From the NCBI GenBank assembly GCA_963770945.1, contig CAVYRP010000004.1, positions 23,901 to 87,900 of the forward strand: 64,000 nucleotides of DNA, written 5' to 3'. Each line of letters begins with the position of its first letter. Positions within the stretch are counted from its first letter, which is position 1. This document shows positions 55,211 through 64,000 of this stretch, piece by piece. The stretch is from an uncultured Bacteroidota bacterium. Lineage in GTDB: Bacteria > Bacteroidota > Ignavibacteria > UBA10030. The translations under genes and the position numbers were made by a program. The notes under the pieces are model-generated. The model was not told where the DNA came from and did no database searches. It saw only the letters and a list, made by a program, of their open reading frames with translations.

Positions 55211-55924
55211 ATGAAGAAAAATATAGCGATTATTTTTTCATTTTTGTTTTTGTTCACAGCCGCTGAACAGCAAGTACAAGCGCAGCAGCCGGCATTCCAG
55301 GATGATGAACTTACGCCGGAGTTGTTTTCTCTTATACTGAAAGATGAATGGTCTTATTTAAGGGAAGCGACCGACCAGCTTATTAAAGAGACTGGAAATC
55401 GCGACGAATTTGAGACAACATCCGAATTTCATGTTCGTGCGGCAAAAGCACGGCAGTTATTTTTGGAGAAACTGAACGCACATATCAAGGACAATAAGCT
55501 GGAAAAAAGAATTTTCGGCGTATGGTTCAAGGCGGCGCTCGTTCATTACGATGCTGATGCAGGAATATATTCTTTACAGTCACCGACACGAATTGAAGCG
55601 CCGTACGAAATCCCGACAACCGTTTGCATCATTCCGAAAAATACTTATGTCGGTCTTTCGGATAGTATTCAGGGAGGTTATCGACAATCCCGTATATATT
55701 TGAAATTCGATCCCGATTTTAAATGGAAAGTGGGGCGAAGTGATGCGGTTAAAGCGAAGGGCAGCGAATCATCTATGTATTTCAAAGTACACTTTATCAT
55801 AAATTTAACGCTGGATAATTCACAGAATCGCGGATTAATAAAAATCGTTCCTAAAGATATGCTTATAATGAACCAAACGGATAAATTTGTCTATCTGAAG
55901 GAAAATATCATTCAAACAGAATAA
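55211..55924 (+). CDS. Hypothetical secreted protein
   Basis: Signal peptide MKKNIAII...QA; contains RDEFETT.EF..R and YDAD motifs. Confidence 0.75.
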   Translation: MKKNIAIIFSFLFLFTAAEQQVQAQQPAFQDDELTPELFSLILKDEWSYLREATDQLIKETGNRDEFETTSEFHVRAAKARQLFLEKLNAHIKDNKLEKRIFGVWFKAALVHYDADAGIYSLQSPTRIEAPYEIPTTVCIIPKNTYVGLSDSIQGGYRQSRIYLKFDPDFKWKVGRSDAVKAKGSESSMYFKVHFIINLTLDNSQNRGLIKIVPKDMLIMNQTDKFVYLKENIIQTE

Positions 55925-55975
55925 TAAAACGCGATTTTAGCAGTTTGATTATTATATAAATTGGAATTTATTAGG

Positions 55976-56008
55976 CGAGCGGCATTTTTATTGCCGCTCG
56001 TTTTGTTT
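55976..56008 (+). terminator. Terminator between convergent genes
   Basis: CGAGCGGCA-TTTTTAT-TGCCGCTCG followed by TTTTGTTT. Confidence 0.7.
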
Positions 56009-56067
56009 GTAAGAGTATCTATTTGCATTATTTAAACAATACACGGAGATCCCCTCACAGGATGTTA

Positions 56068-58311
56068 TCAGCTATTATTCGTTTTCAGCCGCCGAACCAT
56101 TGCAGTTGTTATACCGCTTATCATCAGAAAAGCGGCAATCCAAACAAAACTCATAAACGGCTTTACGCTTACTTCGGCAATCAGCGATTCGGACTTCATG
56201 TCCGTACCCTCGTTATTCTCCAATCCGACAATGTTGATGAGCACATGGGATTTCTGTCCCTGACTAGTTCCTATATTCATCTTTACAAGTTGGAATCCAA
56301 TACGACTATTCCGCAAATATGCAGTCTTCGTGTCTACTGCTCCCGTTGAATTATAAGTTGTAACCGGAATGACGATCTGACTCTTTTTTCCCGTCTTTAC
56401 TTCAAGTACAGCGCCGATAGCCATAACGTCATTTCTACTATCCATCATTTCTTTTTTATTATGGGACGATAAATCAAATCTATCGAATGTTATTGTCAAG
56501 GGGCCATAGGAAACGGTATCTCCTTTTGACAAGTCAATAACATTTTGCCGGTCTGTTTGGTTTTGTTCGAGAGAAACCGGCTCAATATACAGATCCTCTG
56601 TCCAATAACTAATATAATCCGGATTACGCATAAGGCTGTTATCATACGCACTTTCAAACATTACAGGTTCAAGTATTTTGCTCTTTCCATTTTTATCCGC
56701 ACGGACAATAAATTTCGTTTTACCGTCTTGTGCCGGCAATGAACCGTTATATATCAAATTGTATCCAAAAATCCATTTGGGCTGATTAAGAGGAAGAACA
56801 ACAGACTGTTTAAGTCCGTAATATCCGGAGGAAATAACGCCGATGAATAGAACGGCTATTCCTGCATGTGCAAGCGGACCGCCGATAAAAATCGGCCGCT
56901 CTTTTAATAACTGAAATCCTTGATCGAGGCTGATAAAGAGTGAAAAGAGCGAGGTTAAAACAAGCAGTGCTGCTGGTACATCATGCATTCCGAAAATAAC
57001 TAGAACGGCTGCAGCAAGAACGGCAAATACACCGGGAATAATTAGACGCTTGAAAAAGATCTGACTGTCGCTTTGATTCCATTTGGCCCGCAGGCCGAAT
57101 CCCAGCAGTAAAGCCATCATTACGGCAAAAGGGAGGATCGTACGGTCATAGAAACTAGGTTCGACAACAGAATCGGAAAACAACGGTTTGCTTGTTCCTA
57201 ATAAAATCACCGCCGCACAGATACCCATAACAATCATAGCAATTGACAGGATAAATTCTCGCGTTGTCAAAGCGCCGGATAATGTTTGATGATTCATTTT
57301 CTTTTGGCGTAAAATAATCATTCCAAAACCACCGGCGGCAATGAGTACCAGCCATATTACCAGAAGTGCATATATAAGCGAACCGGAATCCATAAATGAA
57401 TGGACGGATGCATTCGCAAGAACGCCGCTGCGCGTTAGGAATGTACTGTAGATGACCAGCAGGTATGCCGATACTGAGAGGAAATAATTTGTCTTTATAA
57501 GTCTTCCGGTCAACATCTGAATAAGCATCGTATGAACAAGGATAACGGCAACAATCCAGGGAATGAGCGACGAGTTTTCTACCGGATCCCAGCCCCACCA
57601 TCCTCCCCAACCCAGAACACCATAAGCCCAATAACCGCCTAGAATAAGACCGGCACCGAGTGATGCTGCACTAAAAAGTACCCACGGAAGTGCAAATTTT
57701 ATCCACTCATTATTTTTATTTTGCCAAAGTGCGGAGACAGCAAGAACGAACGGAACTGCAAGCGACGCAAATCCTAAAAAAAGGACAGGAGGATGAATGA
57801 TCATCCAGAAATTTTGAAGAAGCGGATTGAGGCCTCTGCCGTCCTGCGGAATGAATCCCACGGGTAAATCGGCCGATGCTTCCCAGATATATTGGAACGG
57901 CGATTTGACCCCGATGAGCAGCAACAGAAATGCAAGGACTAATGAGTAAACCATCATCGCCTCGCTTTCCATTCCGGCACGCCTCGAATAGCGCTGCAAA
58001 ATAATTCCGATGACTGCAGCAAAGAACGCCCAGAGTAAAAAACTGCCCTCCTGTCCGGCCCAGAACGCCGCTACCAGCAGTGCTGTCGGCAAATCGCGGG
58101 AGCTGTAACTTGCAACATAGTTGTATTCGAACTGATGCTGGAGTATGTACAGCATCAATAACACAGATGCTGATATAATACCTAACACAGAAATCGCAAA
58201 ACTTATGCGTGCCTGCAGCAGTATTTTTTTCTTCGTTTCAGATATGAAATGAAAATACGCTGAGAGAATCGCTGCAATAAATGCAATCCATATTAAAACA
58301 GAACCGATCAT
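56068..58311 (-). CDS. ccmF: Cytochrome c biogenesis heme lyase CcmF/NrfE
   Basis: WAGQEGS, LNPLLQ, HPP, WAY..LGWGGWWGWDPVEN (WWD motif), TRSG..SVHSF. Confidence 0.93.
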   Translation of the reverse strand: MIGSVLIWIAFIAAILSAYFHFISETKKKILLQARISFAISVLGIISASVLLMLYILQHQFEYNYVASYSSRDLPTALLVAAFWAGQEGSFLLWAFFAAVIGIILQRYSRRAGMESEAMMVYSLVLAFLLLLIGVKSPFQYIWEASADLPVGFIPQDGRGLNPLLQNFWMIIHPPVLFLGFASLAVPFVLAVSALWQNKNNEWIKFALPWVLFSAASLGAGLILGGYWAYGVLGWGGWWGWDPVENSSLIPWIVAVILVHTMLIQMLTGRLIKTNYFLSVSAYLLVIYSTFLTRSGVLANASVHSFMDSGSLIYALLVIWLVLIAAGGFGMIILRQKKMNHQTLSGALTTREFILSIAMIVMGICAAVILLGTSKPLFSDSVVEPSFYDRTILPFAVMMALLLGFGLRAKWNQSDSQIFFKRLIIPGVFAVLAAAVLVIFGMHDVPAALLVLTSLFSLFISLDQGFQLLKERPIFIGGPLAHAGIAVLFIGVISSGYYGLKQSVVLPLNQPKWIFGYNLIYNGSLPAQDGKTKFIVRADKNGKSKILEPVMFESAYDNSLMRNPDYISYWTEDLYIEPVSLEQNQTDRQNVIDLSKGDTVSYGPLTITFDRFDLSSHNKKEMMDSRNDVMAIGAVLEVKTGKKSQIVIPVTTYNSTGAVDTKTAYLRNSRIGFQLVKMNIGTSQGQKSHVLINIVGLENNEGTDMKSESLIAEVSVKPFMSFVWIAAFLMISGITTAMVRRLKTNNS

Positions 58312-58411
58312 TATTAATTTCTTTCTTTAATTTATTAAAACGTAAGAATATTCTAATACGGGAAGACATTTTTCCGGCAATAACATTTCGTTTATATTCT
58401 ATTATTCATCT

Positions 58412-58938
58412 CTATTCTGCCGGTATGGGATGTTTGACCTTTTGCCGCATCGATTCGAAATTAGAAAGTTTATAAGTAGGACTCTTTTCATTATGTCATG
58501 ATCTGCATCTATTTTCAATCGCCTCTTCATCTTTAAAATCCGTCATACCTGCAGCAATGGATTTCTCTTTGTCTCGCATAGTTCTTCTGCTCTTATAAGC
58601 CGAACCGGCACCATAGCATGATTCGCATTGTATTCCATCTTTTTTTTAATTTTTCATCTTCAATAATAGTATGACATTTCAGGCATTAAGGCAATTCCGA
58701 GGCTGGTTCAGACAAACCTTTCTCTTTTGCGATCTCGTTCGCTCTTTGGGCAGCCATTGTTTTAAATGCACCCGCATGTTTGCTTTCTGCCATATTTCAT
58801 ACTGCCTGCCGTCTTCCTTCCCCTGATGGCATGACTTACACACACTCACGCATACTTGTTTTGAGTACATCCTGAAAAAGAAATAACGACAGGGATAAAC
58901 AGATGAAAAATTATTATATGCAGACATATTCCGGACAT
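58412..58938 (-). pseudogene. Decayed tetraheme cytochrome c (c554-like)
   Basis: Reconstructed motifs CKSCH, CLKCH, CESCY, CRS*H; in-frame TAA (58686) and TGA (58496) plus frameshifts; ATG overlaps the upstream stop. Confidence 0.85.
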
Positions 58939-60236
58939 TACTTAGCGAGTTTAAGATTCCGCTGATATTCTTCAAGCTGCGGACGAAATTTCGGGTGGGC
59001 TATTGAAATAAGAGCCTCTGCACGCTGACGCAGATTTTTCCCATGAAGGGAAGCTGTACCGTATTCTGTCACTACATAATGAACATCCGCCCTTGATGTT
59101 ACTACTCCTGCCCCGGGTTTAAGTTGAGAAACGATGCGGGAGATTTTCCCGTCCTTTGTTGTCGATGGAAGCGCAATAATCGGTTTTCCGCCTTTGGAGA
59201 GCGCAGCTCCCCGGACAAAATCCACCTGTCCGCCAAATCCGCTGTAGATTTTCGTACCGATGGAATCTGAACAGACCTGTCCCGTTATATCCACTTCTAT
59301 ACAAGAATTGATTGAGACCATTTTCTCATTTTGCGAGATGATATACGGATTGTTTGTATAATCACAGGGATGCAATTCAAAGAGCGGATTGTTATGGACA
59401 TAATCATAAAGCTGCTGGGAACCTAGTGCAAATGTCCCTACAACCTTCCCCGGATGAAGTGTTTTTTTCTGGCTGGTAATGATCCCTTTTTCAACTGCGT
59501 TCACAACCCCGTCGGAAATCATTTCCGTATGAATGCCCAAATGCTGTTTTCCTTCTATGCGTGCAAGCACAGCGTCCGGAATACCGCCGATTCCTAATTG
59601 AAGAGTGGCCCCGTCTTCGATCATCGGTGCGATGAATTCTGCAATTTTTTCCTCTATATCGGAAGCAGCGATCTGATTCCCTTCAATAATCGGAATAGAA
59701 CATTCTACAATTTTATGTACACGAGAAACATGTATAAAAACGTCGCCTAAAGTACGCGGCATACATTCATTGACTTGGGCAACGACAATCTTTGCACTCT
59801 CCGCCGCTGCTTTTGATGCACCGCATTCAGCGCCAAAGCTCATGAACCCATGTGCATCCGGCGGAGAGAGATGCACCAAAACGACATCGAGAGGAATGTA
59901 TTCCGAACGGAAAAGTGCCGGTATTTGAGAGAGATGAACGGGTACGAAGTCCGAATTCCCCTCTGCAATAGACTCTCGATCACCGGGGCCGACAAAAAAC
60001 GAGTTATGTCGAAAGTGCTGCGCCATTCCCGGCATAGAAAGCGGATCATTCCCCAGCAATAAGATATGATTGACTTCGACATTAAAGAGTTCCGGCGCTC
60101 GCTGGGCCAATGCTTTTGTAAGAAGAAGAGGTGTCGCTGCATTGCCGCTTAAATAGATCCGATCATTTGATTTGACAACACATACAGCTTCTTCGACGGA
60201 AACAACTTTTGATTTATATTGATCAAGCCAGTTCAT
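58938..60236 (-). CDS. Acetyl-CoA hydrolase/4-hydroxybutyrate CoA-transferase family
   Basis: LQLGIGGIP, HTEM, SGFGGQVDFVRGA, VVTEYG, IAHP. Confidence 0.93.
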   Translation of the reverse strand: MNWLDQYKSKVVSVEEAVCVVKSNDRIYLSGNAATPLLLTKALAQRAPELFNVEVNHILLLGNDPLSMPGMAQHFRHNSFFVGPGDRESIAEGNSDFVPVHLSQIPALFRSEYIPLDVVLVHLSPPDAHGFMSFGAECGASKAAAESAKIVVAQVNECMPRTLGDVFIHVSRVHKIVECSIPIIEGNQIAASDIEEKIAEFIAPMIEDGATLQLGIGGIPDAVLARIEGKQHLGIHTEMISDGVVNAVEKGIITSQKKTLHPGKVVGTFALGSQQLYDYVHNNPLFELHPCDYTNNPYIISQNEKMVSINSCIEVDITGQVCSDSIGTKIYSGFGGQVDFVRGAALSKGGKPIIALPSTTKDGKISRIVSQLKPGAGVVTSRADVHYVVTEYGTASLHGKNLRQRAEALISIAHPKFRPQLEEYQRNLKLAK

Positions 60237-60244
60237 ACTCGTTC

Positions 60245-61384
60245 CTAACGATTAGTAGTCGACGATGACTTGAGCTGCTGTTGAATGTCTGTTACCTGTA
60301 AATCGAACGCTTTTGCTGCTGCGTAATTTGTACATTTACCGCGAAATGTACAAACACCTTTTGAAAAACCGATATCGGCACGAAGAACTTCTTCTATACC
60401 AAGTTCAGTCGCCTCACGCAGAAATGGAAGAAGCACATTAGTCCATCCTACGGTAGCCGTACGCGGTACGGACGCCGGAGTATTCGGAACACAGTAATGC
60501 ACGATACCATGCATGATATATGTCGGATCCAGCAATGTCGTCGGCCGGCTTGTTTCGATACATCCGCCCTGATCGATAGAAATATCCACAATCACAGAAC
60601 CGGGCTTCATTTGTTTTACAAGGGCCTCTGAAACTAAATGAGGAGTTCGTTCTCCTTTCAGAAGAACGGCACCGATAAGCGCGTCGGCTTCACGCACGGC
60701 GCGTTCAATAGTATACTGATCTGATACTGCAGTCGAGACTCTCCATTGAGAAAGATTTTCTACTTCCCGCAGGCGATTGATGTTCTTATCGATCACTGTA
60801 ACTTTTGCTCCAAGGCCGAGTGCTACACGCGCAGCGGTTCTGCCGACCGTTCCGGCGCCCAGAATTACTACTTCGGCGGCATGAACACCGGGAATACTCC
60901 CTAACAGCACACCGCGTCCTCCTTCACGTGTCTGCAAATAATGCGCTGCAACTTGAATTGAAATCTGTCCGGCAATCTCCGCCATAGTCTGGACAATAGG
61001 TAAATCACCCCGTTCATTTTCGATCAGTTCATGGGCAATCGCGGTAATGTTCTTTTTGAGAAGCGTCTCGATCGTTTGGCGTTTGGCTATTGCCAGATGA
61101 AATGCAGAAAAAAGAGTCTGCTTATCATGAAGCAAATTTAATTCACTCTCCAGGGGCGGAGCAACTTTGAGAACGATATCGGAACGGCTGATAACCTCTT
61201 CCGGACTATAGACAATAGTTCCGCCGGCTATCCGATATTCATCATCCGAAAAAAAACTCAATGCTCCCGCATTCCGCTCGACATAAACTGCGGCACCCAA
61301 GCCAGCCAGTGTCTGCACGCCTCCGGGTGTAAGAGAGACCCTTCGTTCCGAAGGAAAGACCTCTTTTAATATTCCAATATTCAT
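60245..61384 (-). CDS. ald: Alanine dehydrogenase
   Basis: ERRVSLTP, EIAG, GRGVLLG, GAGTVG, IDQGGCIETS, HYCVPN. Confidence 0.9.
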   Translation of the reverse strand: MNIGILKEVFPSERRVSLTPGGVQTLAGLGAAVYVERNAGALSFFSDDEYRIAGGTIVYSPEEVISRSDIVLKVAPPLESELNLLHDKQTLFSAFHLAIAKRQTIETLLKKNITAIAHELIENERGDLPIVQTMAEIAGQISIQVAAHYLQTREGGRGVLLGSIPGVHAAEVVILGAGTVGRTAARVALGLGAKVTVIDKNINRLREVENLSQWRVSTAVSDQYTIERAVREADALIGAVLLKGERTPHLVSEALVKQMKPGSVIVDISIDQGGCIETSRPTTLLDPTYIMHGIVHYCVPNTPASVPRTATVGWTNVLLPFLREATELGIEEVLRADIGFSKGVCTFRGKCTNYAAAKAFDLQVTDIQQQLKSSSTTNR

Positions 61385-61533
61385 ATGAATATTCCTTTTA
61401 ACTCTGATTAAATATGCTCAACATTAGGAAATGATTCTTTGAAGTGCAATATGTATCATCGGGCTGTGTTTTTGCTCAATTGAGAGCATTGTTGGGAATT
61501 TATTGGGCGAAGACATTTCGCCCTAAAAGGAAA

Positions 61534-61643
61534 TGTCATGCCCGCATGGTTCTAGCGGACATCCAGGCCTAAGGATTACTTTTTTCTAGATTCCCTGCCT
61601 GAACGCTTGGCGGGCAGGCCGACAGGAACATTCGGGAATGTCA
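61534..61643. repeat. REP/BIME-like inverted repeat with a nested 25-bp palindrome
   Basis: 33-nt arms TGTCATGCCCGC...ATCCAG and CTAGATTC[...]CCGAC...GGAATGTCA; CCTGCCTG...CGGGCAGG inserted at 61594-61618. Confidence 0.65.
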
Positions 61644-62059
61644 GTTGTTCTTTTCGGATTTGATAAATCAAATCCCTGCACATTGACTCTTCATCCCGCC
61701 TGCTCAATCAATCTCTTACCAACGGTTCTCTTAATCTAACTCAATTACTTATGATTAACTTTCTTATAAACTCATCGATTTACAGACCCATAGGTTCAAA
61801 GACTCATCTGCTTTCCGACTCCACCCCTTGCTTCTTTTTCTAAAAACCGCTACACTTTATTTCAGTGGTTCCCATCCTTTTTGTTTTTGGGAAATTTGCT
61901 TTACAGTCTTTTGGGTGCTGCACACATTTGCATATAATTTTCCGATCCATTGGAACATGAGCAGGTAAGATGCGATTGAGTGACTATAACAATAAAACCC
62001 AAAATAAATATCTAATTGATATCATACAAACAATTAGGAATATATATAAAAGGAATTAT

Positions 62060-62812
62060 ATGAAAGTAGTTAGAAATATTTTGGGAAGTGAAAATATTAC
62101 GCTGCTATTAGTCGTTTTATTTTCAGTTGCAATACCATTTGTTGTTTTCGGTCAAAATTGTAAGACAATGGTATACGATGCCTTTCATGGACAGAATCCA
62201 AGAAATGGCGAAGTTTTTAACAAACTGCTTCCAAATGATTCAAGTTCGGTTATTGAGATAAATTCAAAAGAGATCGGCGATTCCACCTTTAAAGACAAAT
62301 ACGGATTAATACTCTTTTCACCAACAAAAACTTTTTTAGACAAAGAAAAACTTGCCATAGTGAAATATCTTCAATCCGGAGGTTCCTTGCTTCTCATTTT
62401 TGATGAAGAAAGAAGAACTTCATTAAACGGTGTAGGGATTAATGATATTATTATTCCGTTTGGCATTGAATTTACGGATGATGCACCTGTTCGTCATAAT
62501 TGCGGGGCAATTGCAGATAGCAGCTTTATTTGTGCAGGAAAACGTGAATTGCCATATAGCGGTGGACGTTCTATTAAAGGCGGCAATGTAATCAGCAAAG
62601 TGAATTATGAAGGCAACTATATTCATTGCGCTTATTTAAAAACACCTGCAGGTGGAAAAATAATTGTGATGAGCGACGGAATGGCCGGATTACTTTTAGG
62701 AAGACCCGATGGAGAAAGGTTTAGCGGAACCGGACCGTCTGATTCTAAGTTTTGGGGAAAAGACAGCAAAGTATTTATGCAGGAAATATTGCAGTTCATG
62801 ATTAGCAAATAA
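62060..62812 (+). CDS. Hypothetical secreted protein with class-I GATase-like (DUF4350/GldG-like) fold
   Basis: YDAFHGQ, LILFSP..F...E..AI..YL..GGSLLL pattern; signal peptide. Confidence 0.6.
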   Translation: MKVVRNILGSENITLLLVVLFSVAIPFVVFGQNCKTMVYDAFHGQNPRNGEVFNKLLPNDSSSVIEINSKEIGDSTFKDKYGLILFSPTKTFLDKEKLAIVKYLQSGGSLLLIFDEERRTSLNGVGINDIIIPFGIEFTDDAPVRHNCGAIADSSFICAGKRELPYSGGRSIKGGNVISKVNYEGNYIHCAYLKTPAGGKIIVMSDGMAGLLLGRPDGERFSGTGPSDSKFWGKDSKVFMQEILQFMISK

Positions 62813-62879
62813 ATATGAAATCGCCGAGTGTTAATAGCACTAAATATAGACATAAACAGCAATAACGCATAGGGAATAA

Positions 62880-63224
62880 ATGAATATGAAAAATATTATT
62901 GCTTGTTGTGGTTTAAATTGTGCTGCTTGTGATGCAAGAATAGCAACGGTAACGAATGATAATGAATTGCGTGTCAGGACTGCTAAAAAATGGAAAGTTC
63001 AACATAATGCACAAAATATTTTACCTGAAATGATCAATTGTACAGGGTGCAGGGAAGACGGAGTTAAATTCGGGCATTGTTTACAATGCGAAATTAGGAA
63101 TTGTACGATATCGAAAAACTTTCGTACCTGCGCCGACTGCAGCACGATGGATGACTGTACAATATTGAATAATTTGCATCAGTTTGTTCCCGAAGCACAT
63201 GAAAATCTTAAATCATTGAATTAA
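62880..63224 (+). CDS. DUF3795-like Cys-rich protein
   Basis: IACCGLNCAAC, CTGC, C..CEIRNC, CADC pattern. Confidence 0.8.
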   Translation: MNMKNIIACCGLNCAACDARIATVTNDNELRVRTAKKWKVQHNAQNILPEMINCTGCREDGVKFGHCLQCEIRNCTISKNFRTCADCSTMDDCTILNNLHQFVPEAHENLKSLN

Positions 63225-63326
63225 TTATTTTCTTGATTGGAAATTATTTCCATTTTTCGTCACTTATCGCATCATGTGCAACCAACTATGCAGTTTGCAT
63301 AATATTTTAAGAGGTAAATAAGTCTC

Positions 63327-63818
63327 ATGAAAAATATAAGTATAAATACATTTAAGATTACGATTTACGTATTCTTTGTGCTGCTATTATGTCATAAATC
63401 AATTTGCGCTTCTGATATTTATACAGACAAACAAATGGTTGAAAACGCAATCCGCAATAGTATTGGATGGGCAAAGACCAAGGATATTAATTTGTTATAT
63501 AGTGTAATAGCGAATGACACAAATTATATTGAAGTACATCCTGACGGCAAGGTTGTAAAAGGTTTCCAAAATTTTAAAAAAGCTGAAGCATTTTGGATGA
63601 ATCCGGATTTCAAAGCGGTAAGATATGAGATAAAAGATTTAACAATAAATTTCTCAAAATCAGGTGATGTTGCCTGGTTTTTCTGTATTCTTGATGATAT
63701 TAACGAATGGAAGGGTAAGCCTTCCAATTGGGAGAATACAAGATGGACCGGGGTAATGGAAAAAAGAGACGGCAATTGGATTATTGTTCAAATGCATTTT
63801 TCGTTTGCCGACAAATAA
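63327..63818 (+). CDS. SnoaL/NTF2-like secreted protein
   Basis: GDVAWF, RWTGVMEKRDGNWIIVQMHFS C-terminal pattern; signal peptide. Confidence 0.8.
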   Translation: MKNISINTFKITIYVFFVLLLCHKSICASDIYTDKQMVENAIRNSIGWAKTKDINLLYSVIANDTNYIEVHPDGKVVKGFQNFKKAEAFWMNPDFKAVRYEIKDLTINFSKSGDVAWFFCILDDINEWKGKPSNWENTRWTGVMEKRDGNWIIVQMHFSFADK

Positions 63819-64000
63819 AAAAATATTACGGTAAATTAAATAACCTGAAAATATTCCCAAGAACTCGGTTTAAATAAAATCAGAAAGCGCGCGAGAAAAC
63901 ACATTTACGTCTCGTTCAGATTGTTCTCAACGGTTTATGCAGTACAGAATAATAGGATGGATAACAACAGAATCAAACTGACTTTCAGCAGTATTTCATG

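Noticed and set aside
58312-58411. Possible ccmE remnant (KC.SR-like) between the cytochrome pseudogene and ccmF
   Set aside because: Too short and degenerate to support
58493-58507. In-frame TGA within a heme motif (CRS-TGA-H) as possible selenocysteine CxxUH
   Set aside because: The same gene also has an in-frame TAA, a His->Tyr motif loss and frameshifts, and no SECIS-like hairpin is evident; pseudogene is the simpler explanation
61644-61960. Pyrimidine-rich non-coding stretch as a transposase remnant or ncRNA
   Set aside because: No recognisable protein motif in any frame and no clear structure
1-64000. Many short ORF-track entries antisense to or overlapping identified genes; CRISPR arrays; rRNA
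   Set aside because: Shadow ORFs without motifs; no spaced direct repeats or rRNA sequence seen

Overview
Bacterial chromosomal window, most likely from an Ignavibacteria-like (FCB superphylum) organism. This is inferred from a PorZ homolog, T9SS-type C-terminal domains and recurrent TTGnnn-17bp-TATATT sigma70 promoters. Housekeeping content: yceD-rpmF-plsX-fabHDG-acpP-fabF-rnc, crp-PHP-ribH-porZ, fni-polyprenyl synthase-ptsH-ptsI-pgi/pmi, lpxH-PBP1A, ppiD-aroK-aroB, secDF, hemX-hemACDEH-hemG, and ald-CoA transferase-(cytochrome c pseudogene)-ccmF. There is one tRNA-Pro(GGG). Accessory, AT-richer stretches lie at about 7-16 kb and 61.5-64 kb. About 19 genes, many of them essential, are split by single-base indels, best explained as uncorrected sequencing or assembly errors. 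The most notable observation is a run of four consecutive apparent pseudo-enzymes at 20-25 kb. It includes a tandem pair of TPR + TerB-like + receiver proteins, one with Asp->Glu and the other with Asp->Ala at the phospho-acceptor position. Also notable: a genuinely decayed tetraheme cytochrome c, a stand-alone cyclic-phosphate-type receiver domain, an ARE-like ABC-F with a leader uORF, and a nested REP-like palindrome. No CRISPR array, integrase or transposase was seen.
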